A stretch of DNA of 5,363 nucleotides from Fonticula alba ATCC 38817 (taxonomy: Eukaryota > Protista > Nucleariida). Below are positions 5,345 through 5,363 of the stretch, in pieces. The translations under genes and the position numbers were made by a program. The notes below the pieces were generated by a model that worked only from the letters and a program-made list of their open reading frames with translations, was not told the DNA's origin and searched no databases. The stretch lies in the NCBI GenBank assembly GCA_000388065.2, contig KB932207.1. One strand, written 5' to 3'. Positions within the stretch are counted from its first letter, which is position 1, and each line of letters begins with the position of its first letter.

Positions 5345-5363
5345 TGTCACCGGGCAGCCCCCC

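Overview
GC-rich eukaryotic genomic DNA with spliceosomal GT-AG introns, CTGAC-like branch points, microsatellites and a 10-N assembly gap. It is not prokaryotic. Three protein-coding genes are supported. (1) A 5'-truncated WASP-family Arp2/3 activator on + (frame open from base 3, not from the track's GTG at 318, to TGA 1325). It has a basic patch, a full GBD/CRIB, polyproline, WH2, central and acidic segments, and unusually at least about 190 aa of repeat-rich polyproline placed before the GBD. (2) A two-exon, about 294-aa single-pass membrane protein on - (join 3123-2760, 2558-2038), which the ORF track splits into two ORFs; only splicing reconstitutes its transmembrane helix. (3) A spliced hypothetical gene on + starting at 3977 (exons 3977-4192 and 4284-4453/4457) whose 3' structure I cannot resolve. 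Genes 2 and 3 are divergent; genes 1 and 2 are convergent. Most other ORFs in the track are shadow or low-complexity artefacts. I found no RNA genes, mobile elements or CRISPR arrays. I do not see a new multi-gene system; the best leads are the non-canonical WASP architecture and the distal-branch-point intron containing a CTG repeat.
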